Notes: generated from the letters alone by a model not told the origin. Shown: positions 21,732-32,271, counted from the first letter of the stretch. The stretch: 64,000 nucleotides of DNA from Bacteroidota bacterium (GCA_016185125.1 JACPOC010000025.1:222773-286772); one strand, 5' to 3'. Numbers and translations: made by a program.

Positions 21732-21760
21732 AAAAGCGATCTTTTTGAGAACGCTTTTTA
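21732..21760. terminator. putative bidirectional terminator between convergent TolC and response-regulator genes
   Basis: AAAAGCG/CGCTTTT stem flanked by an A run upstream and a T run downstream. Confidence 0.4.
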
Positions 21761-21782
21761 ATAATAAACTGATTTTATAAGC

Positions 21783-22484
21783 TTAATTATTCACCAATAA
21801 TTTAAAACCTTTACCGTGAATATTAATAATTTCAACCTTATTATCTTCTTTTAAATATTTACGGAGTTTGGCAATGTAAACGTCCATGCTTCGTCCGTTA
21901 AAATAATTATCATCGTGCCATATAGTTTTAAGCGCGAAATTACGATCAAGCACATCATTCTTATGCACGCATAATAAACGCAGCAACTGACTTTCCTTGG
22001 TAGTTAATTTTTGTTCCGTTCCTCCATGCTGTAATACTTGCCTCTCAGAATTAAATTGATATAAGCCTACTTTAAAATTAACCTCCTCGCTTTCGGTACT
22101 TCGCACTTTATTGGTGCGGCGTAAAACTGCTGTTACACGAGCCAGTAATTCTTCCATACTAAAGGGTTTGGTTATATAATCGTCTGCTCCTACGTTAAAC
22201 CCTTCCATGGTATCTTCCTTCATGCTTTTGGCAGTTAAAAATATAATAGGAATATTTTTATCCACTACCCTTATTTCTTTGGCTAATGTTAAACCGTCTT
22301 TAACAGGCATCATTACATCCAAAAGTAAAAGATCAAAGGAACCCTTAAAAAAAGCGTCGGCGCCTTTTTTGCCGTCTGTGGCAAGTTTGGCCTCAAATCC
22401 TTTTGCTTCTAAATATTCGAGCAAAAGCGGCCCTAAACTCTCATCGTCCTCAACTAAAAGTATTTTCGTTTTAACAGTATCCAT
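21783..22484 (-). CDS. OmpR-family response regulator
   Basis: Receiver domain ('KILLVEDDESL', 'DLLLLDVMMP', 'LTAKS') plus a winged-helix output domain ('IHGKGFKL'). Confidence 0.9.
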   Translation of the reverse strand: MDTVKTKILLVEDDESLGPLLLEYLEAKGFEAKLATDGKKGADAFFKGSFDLLLLDVMMPVKDGLTLAKEIRVVDKNIPIIFLTAKSMKEDTMEGFNVGADDYITKPFSMEELLARVTAVLRRTNKVRSTESEEVNFKVGLYQFNSERQVLQHGGTEQKLTTKESQLLRLLCVHKNDVLDRNFALKTIWHDDNYFNGRSMDVYIAKLRKYLKEDNKVEIINIHGKGFKLLVNN

Positions 22485-22558
22485 ATAATTACAAATGTTA
22501 ATTGTTAATTAAAGATACTCAGAATTCATGCCAATTTTAACACTTTTAACATTTATTA

Positions 22559-24100
22559 TCAAATTGGCAGGTGTACTTTAAAGGTGCTGCCCCTGCCTTG
22601 CTCACTCTCAACGGAAATGGTGCCATTGTGTTTTAAAACTACCGCCAAAACATAAGATAAACCCAATCCAAACCCCTTCACATTATGCACATTTCCGGTG
22701 GGAACCCTGTAGAATTTGTCGAATATTTTCCTCTGATTTTCTTTACTTATGCCAATTCCGTTGTCTTTTATCTCTATCATTAGCCCCTCAGAAGTGTTTT
22801 TGGTGGAAATGGTAATTTCCGGAATCCCGTGGGTGTACTTAATGGCGTTATCTATTAGGTTAAAAATAATGTTTGTTAAATGCACTTTATCGGCCGGCAG
22901 TTTAAATTTTTGGGCTTTTAACGAAGTATAAACCTGGCCTTTACGCTGACTGATTAACAACTGGGTGTTATTGATGGCCGTATTTATTATTTCGTGCACA
23001 TCTATTTCGGTGAGTTTTAATTTAAATTCGCCTTTATCAAGTATGGAAGTTTGTAATATACTTTCAACCAACACACTCAATCGTTTGTTTTCTTCGCGAA
23101 TCATTTTTAAAAAGCGCTGCTGTTTTTCCGGAGTTTGAGAAATACTCGAATCACTCAGCATTTCACTTGCTAACGCAATAGTGCTGATGGGCGTTTTAAA
23201 CTCATGCGTCATGTTACTGATAAAATCGTTTTTAATAACGGATAATTTTTTTTGCCGGAGGTTGCTGGCCATGATGTAGTAAAACGAAAAAATCAATATT
23301 GAAATTACTACGCTGGACATTGTTAGTAGCACCCACATTCCCTTAAAAATAGCGCGATCCTGATCTGGGAAACGGACAATTAAATACTGGGGATCGACAA
23401 AACGGTTACTTGGCGAAAGGCAAACTTTGTATCCCTCTCCAAGCGAATCGCTGAAGCTTTCAGTTATTTTTAAATCTCCATGGTGATGCCCCTCGGGATA
23501 AACAGAAGTTAACCGATAATAATATTTTGCCCTTATTTTTTGCTTTTTAAATTCTGACCTTAGGATAGAGTCCAGTAAAACGGTATCTACTTTTTGCTTG
23601 TAATTTTTATAAAAATTCTGCTCAATGGTTTCATCGAATATATCATTACCCAATGATAAAGCCTTAAACAAATCTGTATTGGGAATTTGTACTTTTTGTT
23701 TTGAATTTTTGAACGTATTAAAAAAGTTTTTGGCAATGGGTGAAAGATCCAACGAATCGCCCGGCATGGTTTTAGAAGAATACTGGCTGGAATGCTGTCC
23801 GTTGCTATCAATGCTTAAAGTTTCAAATACATTAAAGCTGTAACTCCCCGAATTTTTCCCGTCAAAAAAAACAGGTTGTTTAATTCCTTGAATTCTTTTT
23901 TTAATTTTTTTATAGGAAGTAGTGGTGTCATATCGTTCAAGCTTTGCGGAAGTATTATCCATAGCGTCCTTTACATTCAAAACAAACGTTTCTTCGTGCG
24001 CCCTAAAATCTCCTTTTATTAAATATATCTGTATAAATATCAATGCCAGCAAGGCCACAGAAAAGGCAACAGAAATTATGGGAAGAATGCGGGTATTCAT
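22559..24100 (-). CDS. sensor histidine kinase (HisKA/HATPase_c)
   Basis: Two TMs. H box 'SNMTHEFKTPIS', N box 'IDNAIKYT', and G boxes 'DNGIGI' and 'GFGLGLS'. Forms an operon with the OmpR-type regulator. Confidence 0.9.
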   Translation of the reverse strand: MNTRILPIISVAFSVALLALIFIQIYLIKGDFRAHEETFVLNVKDAMDNTSAKLERYDTTTSYKKIKKRIQGIKQPVFFDGKNSGSYSFNVFETLSIDSNGQHSSQYSSKTMPGDSLDLSPIAKNFFNTFKNSKQKVQIPNTDLFKALSLGNDIFDETIEQNFYKNYKQKVDTVLLDSILRSEFKKQKIRAKYYYRLTSVYPEGHHHGDLKITESFSDSLGEGYKVCLSPSNRFVDPQYLIVRFPDQDRAIFKGMWVLLTMSSVVISILIFSFYYIMASNLRQKKLSVIKNDFISNMTHEFKTPISTIALASEMLSDSSISQTPEKQQRFLKMIREENKRLSVLVESILQTSILDKGEFKLKLTEIDVHEIINTAINNTQLLISQRKGQVYTSLKAQKFKLPADKVHLTNIIFNLIDNAIKYTHGIPEITISTKNTSEGLMIEIKDNGIGISKENQRKIFDKFYRVPTGNVHNVKGFGLGLSYVLAVVLKHNGTISVESEQGRGSTFKVHLPI

Positions 24101-24290
24101 TGATATTCAAAGATAGTTTTTAAATACACTTACATTTTAGCCTAAAATGCAAAAAATACTTAAACATTCCGCCATACTCAATAATTGGGATATAAGTTTC
24201 AAGTCCACGCGTTAATGCCCGCCGTATAGAAGCTCTTCGTTTCACAATAAAATGTGAAATGCAGGTCTAATTGTACTTACAGAGAAATAG

Positions 24291-24992
24291 CTAAGTATTA
24301 GTTTGTATTTTCATCAGCGACTCAAACTCTTCAGCTATACTTCTTGAAACCGGGAGAATATTCCCATTTATTTCCACCTCTTTTTTGGAATATCTTCTAA
24401 CCTTGGAAATATTAATAATATATGAACGCTGTATCCTGAAAAACAATTTGGGCTCTAAAAACTCCATAATGCTGCTAAGGCTCTGCCGACTCATAATTTT
24501 TTTCTCTCCATAATAAATATTGATATAATTTCCATCACCCTCAATATATAAAATTGTATCGAACGGTATAATTACAACCTCATCTCCATTTTTAATTTGC
24601 AGGCAACTTTTCTTTAATTGCAAGCGTTGTGAAGCAATTAAATAAAGGCTTACAAGAAGATCCGTTTTTTTAATAGGTTTTGTGAAATAAGCCCTAGGTT
24701 TTGTTTTAACGATTTCCTTTATCATTGCAATATTGGAGTGCGCTGTAACATATATAAAGGGTATTTGATAATTTAAATTAATGTACTCTCCTATTTCAAG
24801 ACCATCCGTTTCTCTTTCCATTTCGATGTCGAGTATTGCAACATCAGGCTTGAATGTATCCAATTGTTTTATCGCATCGTCTTTCGAATGTGCCAAGCAA
24901 ATATCGCTCTGACTGAACTTGTATAAATGATTCTTTAAATCCTCGGCTATCAAAACCTTATCCTCAACAATTAAAATCTTTAGACTTTCCAT
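24291..24992 (-). CDS. LytTR-family response regulator
   Basis: Started at 'MESLKILIVEDK'. Has a receiver domain plus a C-terminal LytTR motif 'FFRIQRSYIINISKV'. No cognate kinase is adjacent. Confidence 0.85.
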   Translation of the reverse strand: MESLKILIVEDKVLIAEDLKNHLYKFSQSDICLAHSKDDAIKQLDTFKPDVAILDIEMERETDGLEIGEYINLNYQIPFIYVTAHSNIAMIKEIVKTKPRAYFTKPIKKTDLLVSLYLIASQRLQLKKSCLQIKNGDEVVIIPFDTILYIEGDGNYINIYYGEKKIMSRQSLSSIMEFLEPKLFFRIQRSYIINISKVRRYSKKEVEINGNILPVSRSIAEEFESLMKIQTNT

Positions 24993-25225
24993 GTTAGATT
25001 TAACGTTCAAATTAATGGGGTTCAAAAGTTATTTTACAGATTGAGTACATCTTAGAATTCCTTTATAATTTTTCTTGCAATTTATTACTCAAACATACAA
25101 TATTTTTCTTATCACGTCAAAAATTTCATTCATTCGTAATTTTCAATTTATTTCGGCGTATAGAACATGGTATATTACCTTCAATTTCCCACGTCGGTAA
25201 CCAACCAAAATAATTACGCTTAAAA

Positions 25226-26698
25226 TTACATATTTTCAATAGGCGTACACACCCCGTTTTCACAAACGTAACATTTTAAACGGTCTTTAAAAACGTAAGG
25301 TTTATAAATAGATTTATGAAGCAGCATTCTTAAACACTCCTGAACACCCTCAATAATACTTGGGTGCGGATGCATCATATCCGCGAGTTCTTTGATACCC
25401 TGATTGGTGTAAATTAAATAAGCTACACCCTGTATGGCACTGCTTGCATGTTCGCCCACTACACGCATGCCAAGTATACGCATGCCGCTATCGTTAGTAA
25501 CAATGATTTTAAAAAAGCCCTGTGTTTTGCGCATGGCAATGGCACGGGCGTTAGTTGTATAATCCAGCTTTACTACTTTATGCGGAATGCCCTGCGCCAC
25601 CAGTTCCTGCTCACTCATTCCTACAGCAGCTACTTCGGGATTTAAAAACATTATGGTACTGATGTTTTTATAAGACAATGGCCTTACAATAGGTCCAAAC
25701 ATTCTTACCACCGCATGGCGCGCTTCCCGCTCACCTACATTAACAAGCGCAACTTCGGTGGTGGCATCACCTGCCACATAAATATTGCTGATGTTTGTTT
25801 GCGTATCATCGTCCCATATACAACCACGTTCGTTTAATTTTACGCCCGCATTTTCCAGCCCTATATTCTCAACATTTGCAACGCGTCCAATTGAAATTAA
25901 TGCTTTATCCACCGTAATTACTTCGGTTTGTCCGTTTTTGTATTGGAGTTCGTATTCAACTTTACCGTTTTTTATTTCCATCCGTTTCAGCGAAGAGCCG
26001 TGATGCACTTTAGCCCCGTGAAGCTCAAGATTTGTTTTTACAACCTCCGCCACATCCGCATCTTCAAAAGGTAAAATACGATCTGCTTTATCAATCAAAT
26101 AAACTTTTGTTTTTCCAAACGCCGAAAAAATAGTGGCAAACTCGCAACCAATAACCCCTGCACCAAGCACCACCATGCTTTCGGGCCAATCGGTAAAATT
26201 TTTAATGCCGTCGCTGGTTACAATTATTTGTTCGTCTATTTTTATATTTGCAGGAATACGCGGGCGGCTGCCTGTGGCAATGAGTATATTATCGCAACTC
26301 ACAACTTTTATAGAGTCGTCTTCCTTATGAATTTCGATGTGGCGCTTATCTTTTATTGTTGCAAAACCTTTTTCATAAAAAAACAATTGCTTGGGCATTT
26401 TTTGAAGTAAATGCAAATGCACGGTCATTTGAGTTTTGCGTTCAAACACTGCTTCATTCACAATTTTTGAAATGTCGGCGAATTTTACTTCGTAGTCAGG
26501 TATCATCTCCCGAATAGAAGCAGTTTTCAAAGCCTGTTCCCATAATGTTTTAGAAGTTAAAACCCCATCGTAAACGCCTGCTCCGCCAATACGTTTTTTT
26601 TCTATCAGTAACACTTTTTTACCGAAATCTACCGCCCGCATAGCTCCGGCGTATCCGCTTGGGCCTCCGCCAATTACTATAAGGTCAAAATGTTCCAT
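25226..26698 (-). CDS. FAD/NAD(P)-dependent pyridine nucleotide-disulfide oxidoreductase family protein (dihydrolipoyl dehydrogenase-like, lacking the redox disulfide)
   Basis: FAD motif 'DLIVIGGGPSGYAGA', NAD motif 'MVVLGAGVIGCEFA', and interface 'HPHPSIIEG'. The canonical GGTCxNxGCxPSK is replaced by 'GGAGVYDGVLTSK'. Confidence 0.85.
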   Translation of the reverse strand: MEHFDLIVIGGGPSGYAGAMRAVDFGKKVLLIEKKRIGGAGVYDGVLTSKTLWEQALKTASIREMIPDYEVKFADISKIVNEAVFERKTQMTVHLHLLQKMPKQLFFYEKGFATIKDKRHIEIHKEDDSIKVVSCDNILIATGSRPRIPANIKIDEQIIVTSDGIKNFTDWPESMVVLGAGVIGCEFATIFSAFGKTKVYLIDKADRILPFEDADVAEVVKTNLELHGAKVHHGSSLKRMEIKNGKVEYELQYKNGQTEVITVDKALISIGRVANVENIGLENAGVKLNERGCIWDDDTQTNISNIYVAGDATTEVALVNVGEREARHAVVRMFGPIVRPLSYKNISTIMFLNPEVAAVGMSEQELVAQGIPHKVVKLDYTTNARAIAMRKTQGFFKIIVTNDSGMRILGMRVVGEHASSAIQGVAYLIYTNQGIKELADMMHPHPSIIEGVQECLRMLLHKSIYKPYVFKDRLKCYVCENGVCTPIENM

Positions 26699-26708
26699 AA
26701 ACTATCTG

Positions 26709-26716
26709 CAAATGTA
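26709..26716 (-). promoter_or_regulatory. candidate -7 box (TACATTTG on minus strand)
   Basis: Plus-strand 'CAAATGTA' lies 11 nt upstream of the start codon at 26698. Confidence 0.3.
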
Positions 26717-26798
26717 TTATTTATTAAATAATTCACCCGGCTAAATAACCACCTGAAAATCAATTTTTTACGAAATTTTCTATTTACAGAAAAATGCC

Positions 26799-26806
26799 TA
26801 ATTTTG
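26799..26806 (+). promoter_or_regulatory. candidate -7 box TAATTTTG
   Basis: Matches TAnnTTTG and lies 22 nt upstream of the ATG at 26828. Confidence 0.35.
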
Positions 26807-26827
26807 CACCCCTATAAATTAAATTTT

Positions 26828-29539
26828 ATGAACGAAAGTGTTATTTATTTAGTCCCAGTACTTGGGATAATTGGTTTGATTGTAATGGCTATAAAATCTG
26901 CCTGGGTGAGTAAGCAGGACGCCGGAGATAAAAACATGCAGGAATTAGCCGGCTACATTGCCGATGGTGCCATGGCTTTCTTAAAAGCAGAGTGGAAAGT
27001 GTTAAGCATTTTTGTGGTTTTTGCCGCGGCTTTATTAGCTTATTCAGGAACAGTGCATGAGGTTCATGGAAAAGAAATTCACTCCAGTTGGATTATTTCC
27101 ATAGCCTTTATTATTGGCGCCGTGTTTTCTGCCACCGCAGGTTACATTGGCATGAAAGTAGCAACTAAGGCAAACGTTAGAACCACCCAAGCGGCTCGTA
27201 CCAGCTTAAAGCAAGCCTTAAAGGTTTCTTTTACCGGCGGAACGGTAATGGGTTTAGGTGTTGCCGGCTTAGCGGTTTTAGGTTTAGGCGGTTTATTTAT
27301 TGTTTTCTTAGGGATATTTTCTGATCTGGGCGTTAACCAGGTTAAAACCGCTATTGAAGTATTAACCGGGTTTTCTTTAGGAGCAGAATCCATCGCTTTA
27401 TTCGCCCGTGTGGGTGGAGGTATTTATACAAAAGCCGCCGACGTTGGAGCAGATTTAGTTGGAAAAGTTGAAGCAGGAATTCCCGAAGATGATGTTCGTA
27501 ATCCTGCTACCATTGCCGATAACGTAGGTGATAACGTGGGCGACGTTGCCGGAATGGGCGCTGATTTATTCGGATCGTATGTGGCTACTATTTTAGCTAC
27601 AATGGTATTAGGACAGGAAATTGATGCTTCTAAAGATAATTTCGGAGGCATGTCGCCTATTTTATTGCCAATGGTGATCTGCGGTTTAGGTATTCTTTTC
27701 TCTATCGTGGGAACATGGTTCGTTCGAATTAAAGACGATAAATCAAATGTTCAGAATGCCTTGAACATGGGTAATTGGTCCTCGATGATCCTTACAGTAA
27801 TTGCCTCTCATTTTGTGGTTCACTGGATGCTGCCTGACACCATGAGTTTACGTGGTTACGAGTTTCCGAAAATGAATGTGTTTTTTGCAATTGTTGTGGG
27901 CACCATTGTTGGCGCCATCATGAGCATTGTTACTGAATATTATACAGCAATGGGCAAAAAACCCGTGTTGTCAATTATTCAGCAATCTTCTACCGGCCAT
28001 GCAACCAACATCATTGGCGGTTTATCGGTAGGTATGAAATCTACCGTTATTCCAATACTAACACTTGCCGCTGGTATCATGGCTTCTTATCATTTTGCAG
28101 GATTATATGGTGTGGCTATTGCGGCCGCAGGTATGATGGCAACAACAGCTATGCAATTAGCCATTGACGCGTTTGGCCCTATTGCCGATAACGCCGGTGG
28201 TATTGCCGAAATGAGCCAGTTACCTCCTGAAGTGCGTGAGCGTACTGATAATTTAGATGCAGTAGGTAATACAACTGCAGCAACAGGAAAAGGATTCGCT
28301 ATTGCTTCAGCAGCATTAACTTCTTTGGCTTTATTTGCAGCCTTTGTAGGAATTGCAGGAATTGACGCGATTGACATTTACAAAGCGCCTGTTTTAGCAG
28401 GATTATTTGTAGGTGGAATGATTCCGTTTATCTTCTCTGCGTTATGTATCCAGGCGGTTGGTAAAGCGGCTATGGACATGGTTCAGGAAGTTCGCCGACA
28501 GTTTCGCGAAATTCCGGGAATTATGGAATATAAAGCAAAACCGGAATACGAAAAGTGTGTGGCTATTTCTACCAAAGCTTCTATTCGCGAAATGATGTTG
28601 CCCGGTGCAATTGCCTTAATTACACCTTTATTGGTAGGATTTATTTTTGGCCCTGAAGTATTAGGCGGCTTATTAGCCGGTGTAACGGTTAGCGGCGTGT
28701 TAATGGGTATTTTCCAAAGCAACGCAGGTGGTGCATGGGATAACGCTAAAAAATCGTTTGAAAAAGGTGTGTTGATTAATGGCGAAATGTTCTACAAAAA
28801 ATCGGAGCCGCACAAAGCTTCGGTTACCGGAGATACGGTGGGAGATCCATTCAAAGACACTTCAGGACCTTCCATGAATATCTTAATTAAATTAATGAGC
28901 ATTGTTTCTTTAGTTATAGCGCCTTACATAGCGGTTGTGGGTAATGGTAAGGATCATGCAAACAATCATCTTACAGCCCCAAACACCGATAGCTTACACA
29001 CGGTTAGCTCAAAAAACATTAACGAATTACAGGGCGTTTATGAAATTGACGGAGCGCATAGCGCGGTAGATTTTAGCATTAAGCACATTGTTACCAATAC
29101 CAAAGGCACCGCGTTAATTGACAGTGGATGGGTAAATATGCAAAATGCCGGAACCAAGATCTATATCAGTATAGACGCTAAATCAATCAACACTCAAAAC
29201 TCTTACCGCGATGAGCATTTACAAAAAGAAGATTTCTTTGACGGATCAAAACATCCTAAAATTATTTTTGAAGGAAGCCAGATTGTGAAAGACAGCACCG
29301 GCAGCGAGTATCCTTACAAAGTTACCGGAAACCTTACCATTAAAGGAATTGTAAAAATTGCAACCATCAACTTTAACTACGTTGGAAGCCAATTAAAAGA
29401 AAACGAAAAAGGTAAATACACCGTTGTCGGCTTTGAAGGCAAATGTGTAATTAACCGCACTGACTTTAATATTGGCGAAGGTGGTGGTTTAGGTGATAAC
29501 GTAACCTTAAACATTACGTTGGAAGCAATTAAGCACTAG
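26828..29539 (+). CDS. hppA: membrane-bound ion-translocating pyrophosphatase (K+-dependent type) fused to a C-terminal YceI-like domain
   Basis: PPase motifs: '[20 protein letters not shown]', '[18 protein letters not shown]', '[10 protein letters not shown]', '[22 protein letters not shown]'. After a linker, residues about 736-903 (nt 29033-29536) carry the YceI-like motifs '[10 protein letters not shown]', '[23 protein letters not shown]' and 'VTGNLTIKG'. There is no stop or frameshift between the two parts. Confidence 0.9.
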   Translation: MNESVIYLVPVLGIIGLIVMAIKSAWVSKQDAGDKNMQELAGYIADGAMAFLKAEWKVLSIFVVFAAALLAYSGTVHEVHGKEIHSSWIISIAFIIGAVFSATAGYIGMKVATKANVRTTQAARTSLKQALKVSFTGGTVMGLGVAGLAVLGLGGLFIVFLGIFSDLGVNQVKTAIEVLTGFSLGAESIALFARVGGGIYTKAADVGADLVGKVEAGIPEDDVRNPATIADNVGDNVGDVAGMGADLFGSYVATILATMVLGQEIDASKDNFGGMSPILLPMVICGLGILFSIVGTWFVRIKDDKSNVQNALNMGNWSSMILTVIASHFVVHWMLPDTMSLRGYEFPKMNVFFAIVVGTIVGAIMSIVTEYYTAMGKKPVLSIIQQSSTGHATNIIGGLSVGMKSTVIPILTLAAGIMASYHFAGLYGVAIAAAGMMATTAMQLAIDAFGPIADNAGGIAEMSQLPPEVRERTDNLDAVGNTTAATGKGFAIASAALTSLALFAAFVGIAGIDAIDIYKAPVLAGLFVGGMIPFIFSALCIQAVGKAAMDMVQEVRRQFREIPGIMEYKAKPEYEKCVAISTKASIREMMLPGAIALITPLLVGFIFGPEVLGGLLAGVTVSGVLMGIFQSNAGGAWDNAKKSFEKGVLINGEMFYKKSEPHKASVTGDTVGDPFKDTSGPSMNILIKLMSIVSLVIAPYIAVVGNGKDHANNHLTAPNTDSLHTVSSKNINELQGVYEIDGAHSAVDFSIKHIVTNTKGTALIDSGWVNMQNAGTKIYISIDAKSINTQNSYRDEHLQKEDFFDGSKHPKIIFEGSQIVKDSTGSEYPYKVTGNLTIKGIVKIATINFNYVGSQLKENEKGKYTVVGFEGKCVINRTDFNIGEGGGLGDNVTLNITLEAIKH

Positions 29540-29577
29540 TTCTTTAATTGAGAATGTAGAATTAAAAGTTAATGAAG

Positions 29578-29611
29578 CCCTCATCTGAAAAGATGGGGGT
29601 TTTTTGTTTTT
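29578..29611 (+). terminator. intrinsic terminator of hppA
   Basis: 8-bp stem CCCTCATC/GATGGGGG (one G-U pair) with a 6-nt loop, followed by TTTTTTGTTTTT. Confidence 0.75.
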
Positions 29612-29762
29612 CGCGGGGTTATTAAGCCACAGATTACACAAATTTCGCAGAAGTAGTATTTATATAAGGTGGTAAGGAAACCGCTGTAGTGTATTGTTCA
29701 TAGCGATACTTCGGAGCCTCAGTATAAACTCCGAGGAATCTATATTATAATCCATCATATAA

Positions 29763-30209
29763 AATCTGTGTTATCTGCGTGCTAATTTTAAAAAATACAC
29801 AAAAGAACAAGAAATAAAACATATCAGAGGCAGAGTTCGACACCCACAAACACAAGGTAAAATTGAGCGTTATCATCGTAGCATGAAGAATGTTATTAAA
29901 CTCGATGTTTACCACAGTCCAATGGAATTGGAACAAGCATTACAAAAATTTGTGCATTATTACAATTATGAACGTTACCATGAATCAATTAACAATGTGA
30001 CACCAGCACAAAAATATTATGGCAAGTCAAATCAAGTATTAGAAAGGAGGAATAAAATCAAACTAGAAACAATCAAAAAAAGAAAACAAAATTACAAGGA
30101 TCGAAAGTCGGTAAGTGAAATTATTCTGACAAGGACTGGCTCCTTAAAAAAGCCAAAGTCCGCAGTTGGAAATAATTTTACGACGGCTATTAAAAATCAA
30201 AAAAATTAA
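29763..30209 (+). mobile_element. C-terminal remnant of an rve-type DDE transposase (IS3/IS481 superfamily), non-functional
   Basis: The translation '...HPQTQGKIERYHRSMKNVIKL...FVHYYNYERYHESINNVTPAQKYYG' is the last third of an integrase-core transposase. The upstream catalytic Asp regions are absent and the frame closes at 29760. Confidence 0.7.
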
Positions 30210-30282
30210 CTAATTTTAAAAAAGAAAATGTCCAAAGTTATTTAGGCTTAAAAGTACAGATTGGTTTGACTACATACAGGTA

Positions 30283-31611
30283 TTACTCAACAATCAATTT
30301 TCTTGACTGTTTAAAATGAGGGCTATTCAACTCTAACACGTATACTCCTTTAGGAAACCCAGTTAAATCAATGGTTTCATTTATTTCAGTTCCAAAACTG
30401 CTGACTTGTTTGGTGTAAACAATTTTACCCAAAGCATCTACTACTTGTATACTAATTGGGTCATTTTCTACCTTTTTAATGTTTATTGTAAAGAAGGATG
30501 AGGATGGATTAGGGGAAACGGAAATTGCATCAGAGTTTTTATTATTTATTAACCCCGTTATAATTCCGGGTTCTAATAACTTAACTAAAAACGCTTCGGA
30601 ACATTGCATTTGCTTATAGCCTGAAAAATAAACTATCCCATTCTCCGCTTTAATTTTTCCACGTGGAGTATAATGATACGGATAATTAAGATTTGTAGGA
30701 TCAGCCAATAACCAGTTCCAAAGCTGGTTACCATTACTGTCGTATTTGTACATACACATGCCTATTGCTGTACCTGAACCATAAGCGCCACCTACGTATA
30801 CGGAATTGTTACTACAATATACTGAACAGCCACCTTGGTAAGGAACAGTAAAGGTCCAAGCTACCTGCCCATTCATATTAACCTTTGTTAGTGAAGAAAC
30901 ACCATTTGCACCTTGATCACTCACATACGTATTGCCTATAGAATCCGCCGCCATCATCGCAACAGGAGGGGAAGTCCAAACAAGATTACCAGAAGGATCA
31001 ATTTTTTTGCCGGGTAAGTAAATGTTATTAGCGCCATCTAATGAAATGCAAATGCTGCCATAAGGTATACTAAGTACGGAATTGCCCGCGGGGTCAAACT
31101 TTGTAATAAACCAGCCACCACCTGCCCATTGCCCTGTAACATAAATAAACCCGTTAGAGTCTATTGTCATGGCACGGGGTGTAGACGCGTTGCCTTGACT
31201 TTTAACCCATATAACCTGACCGGCAGGGCTGTATTTAACCAGGTACATTAAGCCAGATGGATAATATGAGTTACCTATGCGGATTGTACCGCTTGGGTTA
31301 TAGGAAGCACAAACGGTTTCAAAGCAAGTATAAGCGCTACCTGAATCATCGACTACCACCCCACCGGTTTGCACTCCCCAAGTAGTCCCTGAAGTATCCG
31401 ACCAAATAAGATTTCCATTTGGCGCATATTTATGAATGTACATGGCCGCCGGACCACTAATAGCGCCTGCTAAGTAAATATCTCCATTTAGATCGACAGC
31501 GGAGAAACCCACGGTAGAACAATTATAATGCGCGGTTTGCATCCATTGCATTTGCTGTGCCTTTAAAAAAAAGCTGCAAAAACAAATTGAAAAACATAAA
31601 ATTTTAATCAT
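30283..31611 (-). CDS. secreted beta-propeller repeat protein with T9SS type A C-terminal sorting domain
   Basis: Has a signal peptide and repeated 'D..GN.Y..G' units (SBBP-like). Tail 'VSPNPSSSFFTINI...KGVYVLELNS...RKLIVE'. Confidence 0.75.
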   Translation of the reverse strand: MIKILCFSICFCSFFLKAQQMQWMQTAHYNCSTVGFSAVDLNGDIYLAGAISGPAAMYIHKYAPNGNLIWSDTSGTTWGVQTGGVVVDDSGSAYTCFETVCASYNPSGTIRIGNSYYPSGLMYLVKYSPAGQVIWVKSQGNASTPRAMTIDSNGFIYVTGQWAGGGWFITKFDPAGNSVLSIPYGSICISLDGANNIYLPGKKIDPSGNLVWTSPPVAMMAADSIGNTYVSDQGANGVSSLTKVNMNGQVAWTFTVPYQGGCSVYCSNNSVYVGGAYGSGTAIGMCMYKYDSNGNQLWNWLLADPTNLNYPYHYTPRGKIKAENGIVYFSGYKQMQCSEAFLVKLLEPGIITGLINNKNSDAISVSPNPSSSFFTINIKKVENDPISIQVVDALGKIVYTKQVSSFGTEINETIDLTGFPKGVYVLELNSPHFKQSRKLIVE

Positions 31612-31777
31612 AACATTTATTTAAAATAAAGATAACTGGAAATTGAGCCAAGTAATCTTTTATTCGTTCAAAGGGCATTTTAAATAGCTGCACTTTCTTC
31701 TTTTGAATTTAAACCTACGAGGCCACTAAGGCTCACAACATATTAACTAAAATAATCAATCACTTCAAAAATTAATT

Positions 31778-32164
31778 ATGAAAATTAAAATCTTAACAAT
31801 TTTATGTGTGCTTACAGTATTTTGTAAAGCTCAGGTAAGTATTAGTCCAAATTTCTTTGGACAAAATTATTGGTATACGTATTACCAAAATGCACCCTTC
31901 GGCGGAGGAACTCAAGCCCTTTCAGCTACTCAGTTTACCCTAATCACTCAAAGCGATGCCCGCTTAGTTAGGGTAGGAGGAGCAAATTACAATCGGGTGA
32001 ATTTACAAAGCGATTATTCTGCGCCCACGACTGTTTCGTTTCCTGATTGGTATAACAAAAATAAAATTGATTATGTATATTTACAAACTGTCGTAATTAG
32101 GGGAAGGTTACGCCTGCAAAACAAGTTTTATTTCGTTAAGACAACATTTCGGTGTCAATCTTAA
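31778..32164 (+). pseudogene. probable 5' fragment of a secreted protein gene
   Basis: Only 128 aa. A good signal peptide and plausible N-terminal domain are followed by a low-complexity tail ('VVIRGRLRLQNKFYFVKTTFRCQS') running into a repeat region. It lies in the same patch as the IS remnant. Confidence 0.35.
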
Positions 32165-32271
32165 CGTATCGAGCTGTTTATGAGATAATTACGCAGACAT
32201 TTAATTCGACAAATTGAGAAAAAACTTGCCCGTCTTTGGTTTATACGAGTAGACACAGGAGTGTTTTTAAT

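Noticed and set aside
27142-28722. Four 75-95-aa ORFs antisense to the pyrophosphatase gene
   Set aside because: They are Ala/Pro/Thr-rich shadow ORFs, as expected opposite a GC-richer, Gly/Ala/Val-rich membrane protein gene. The sense frame is unambiguous.
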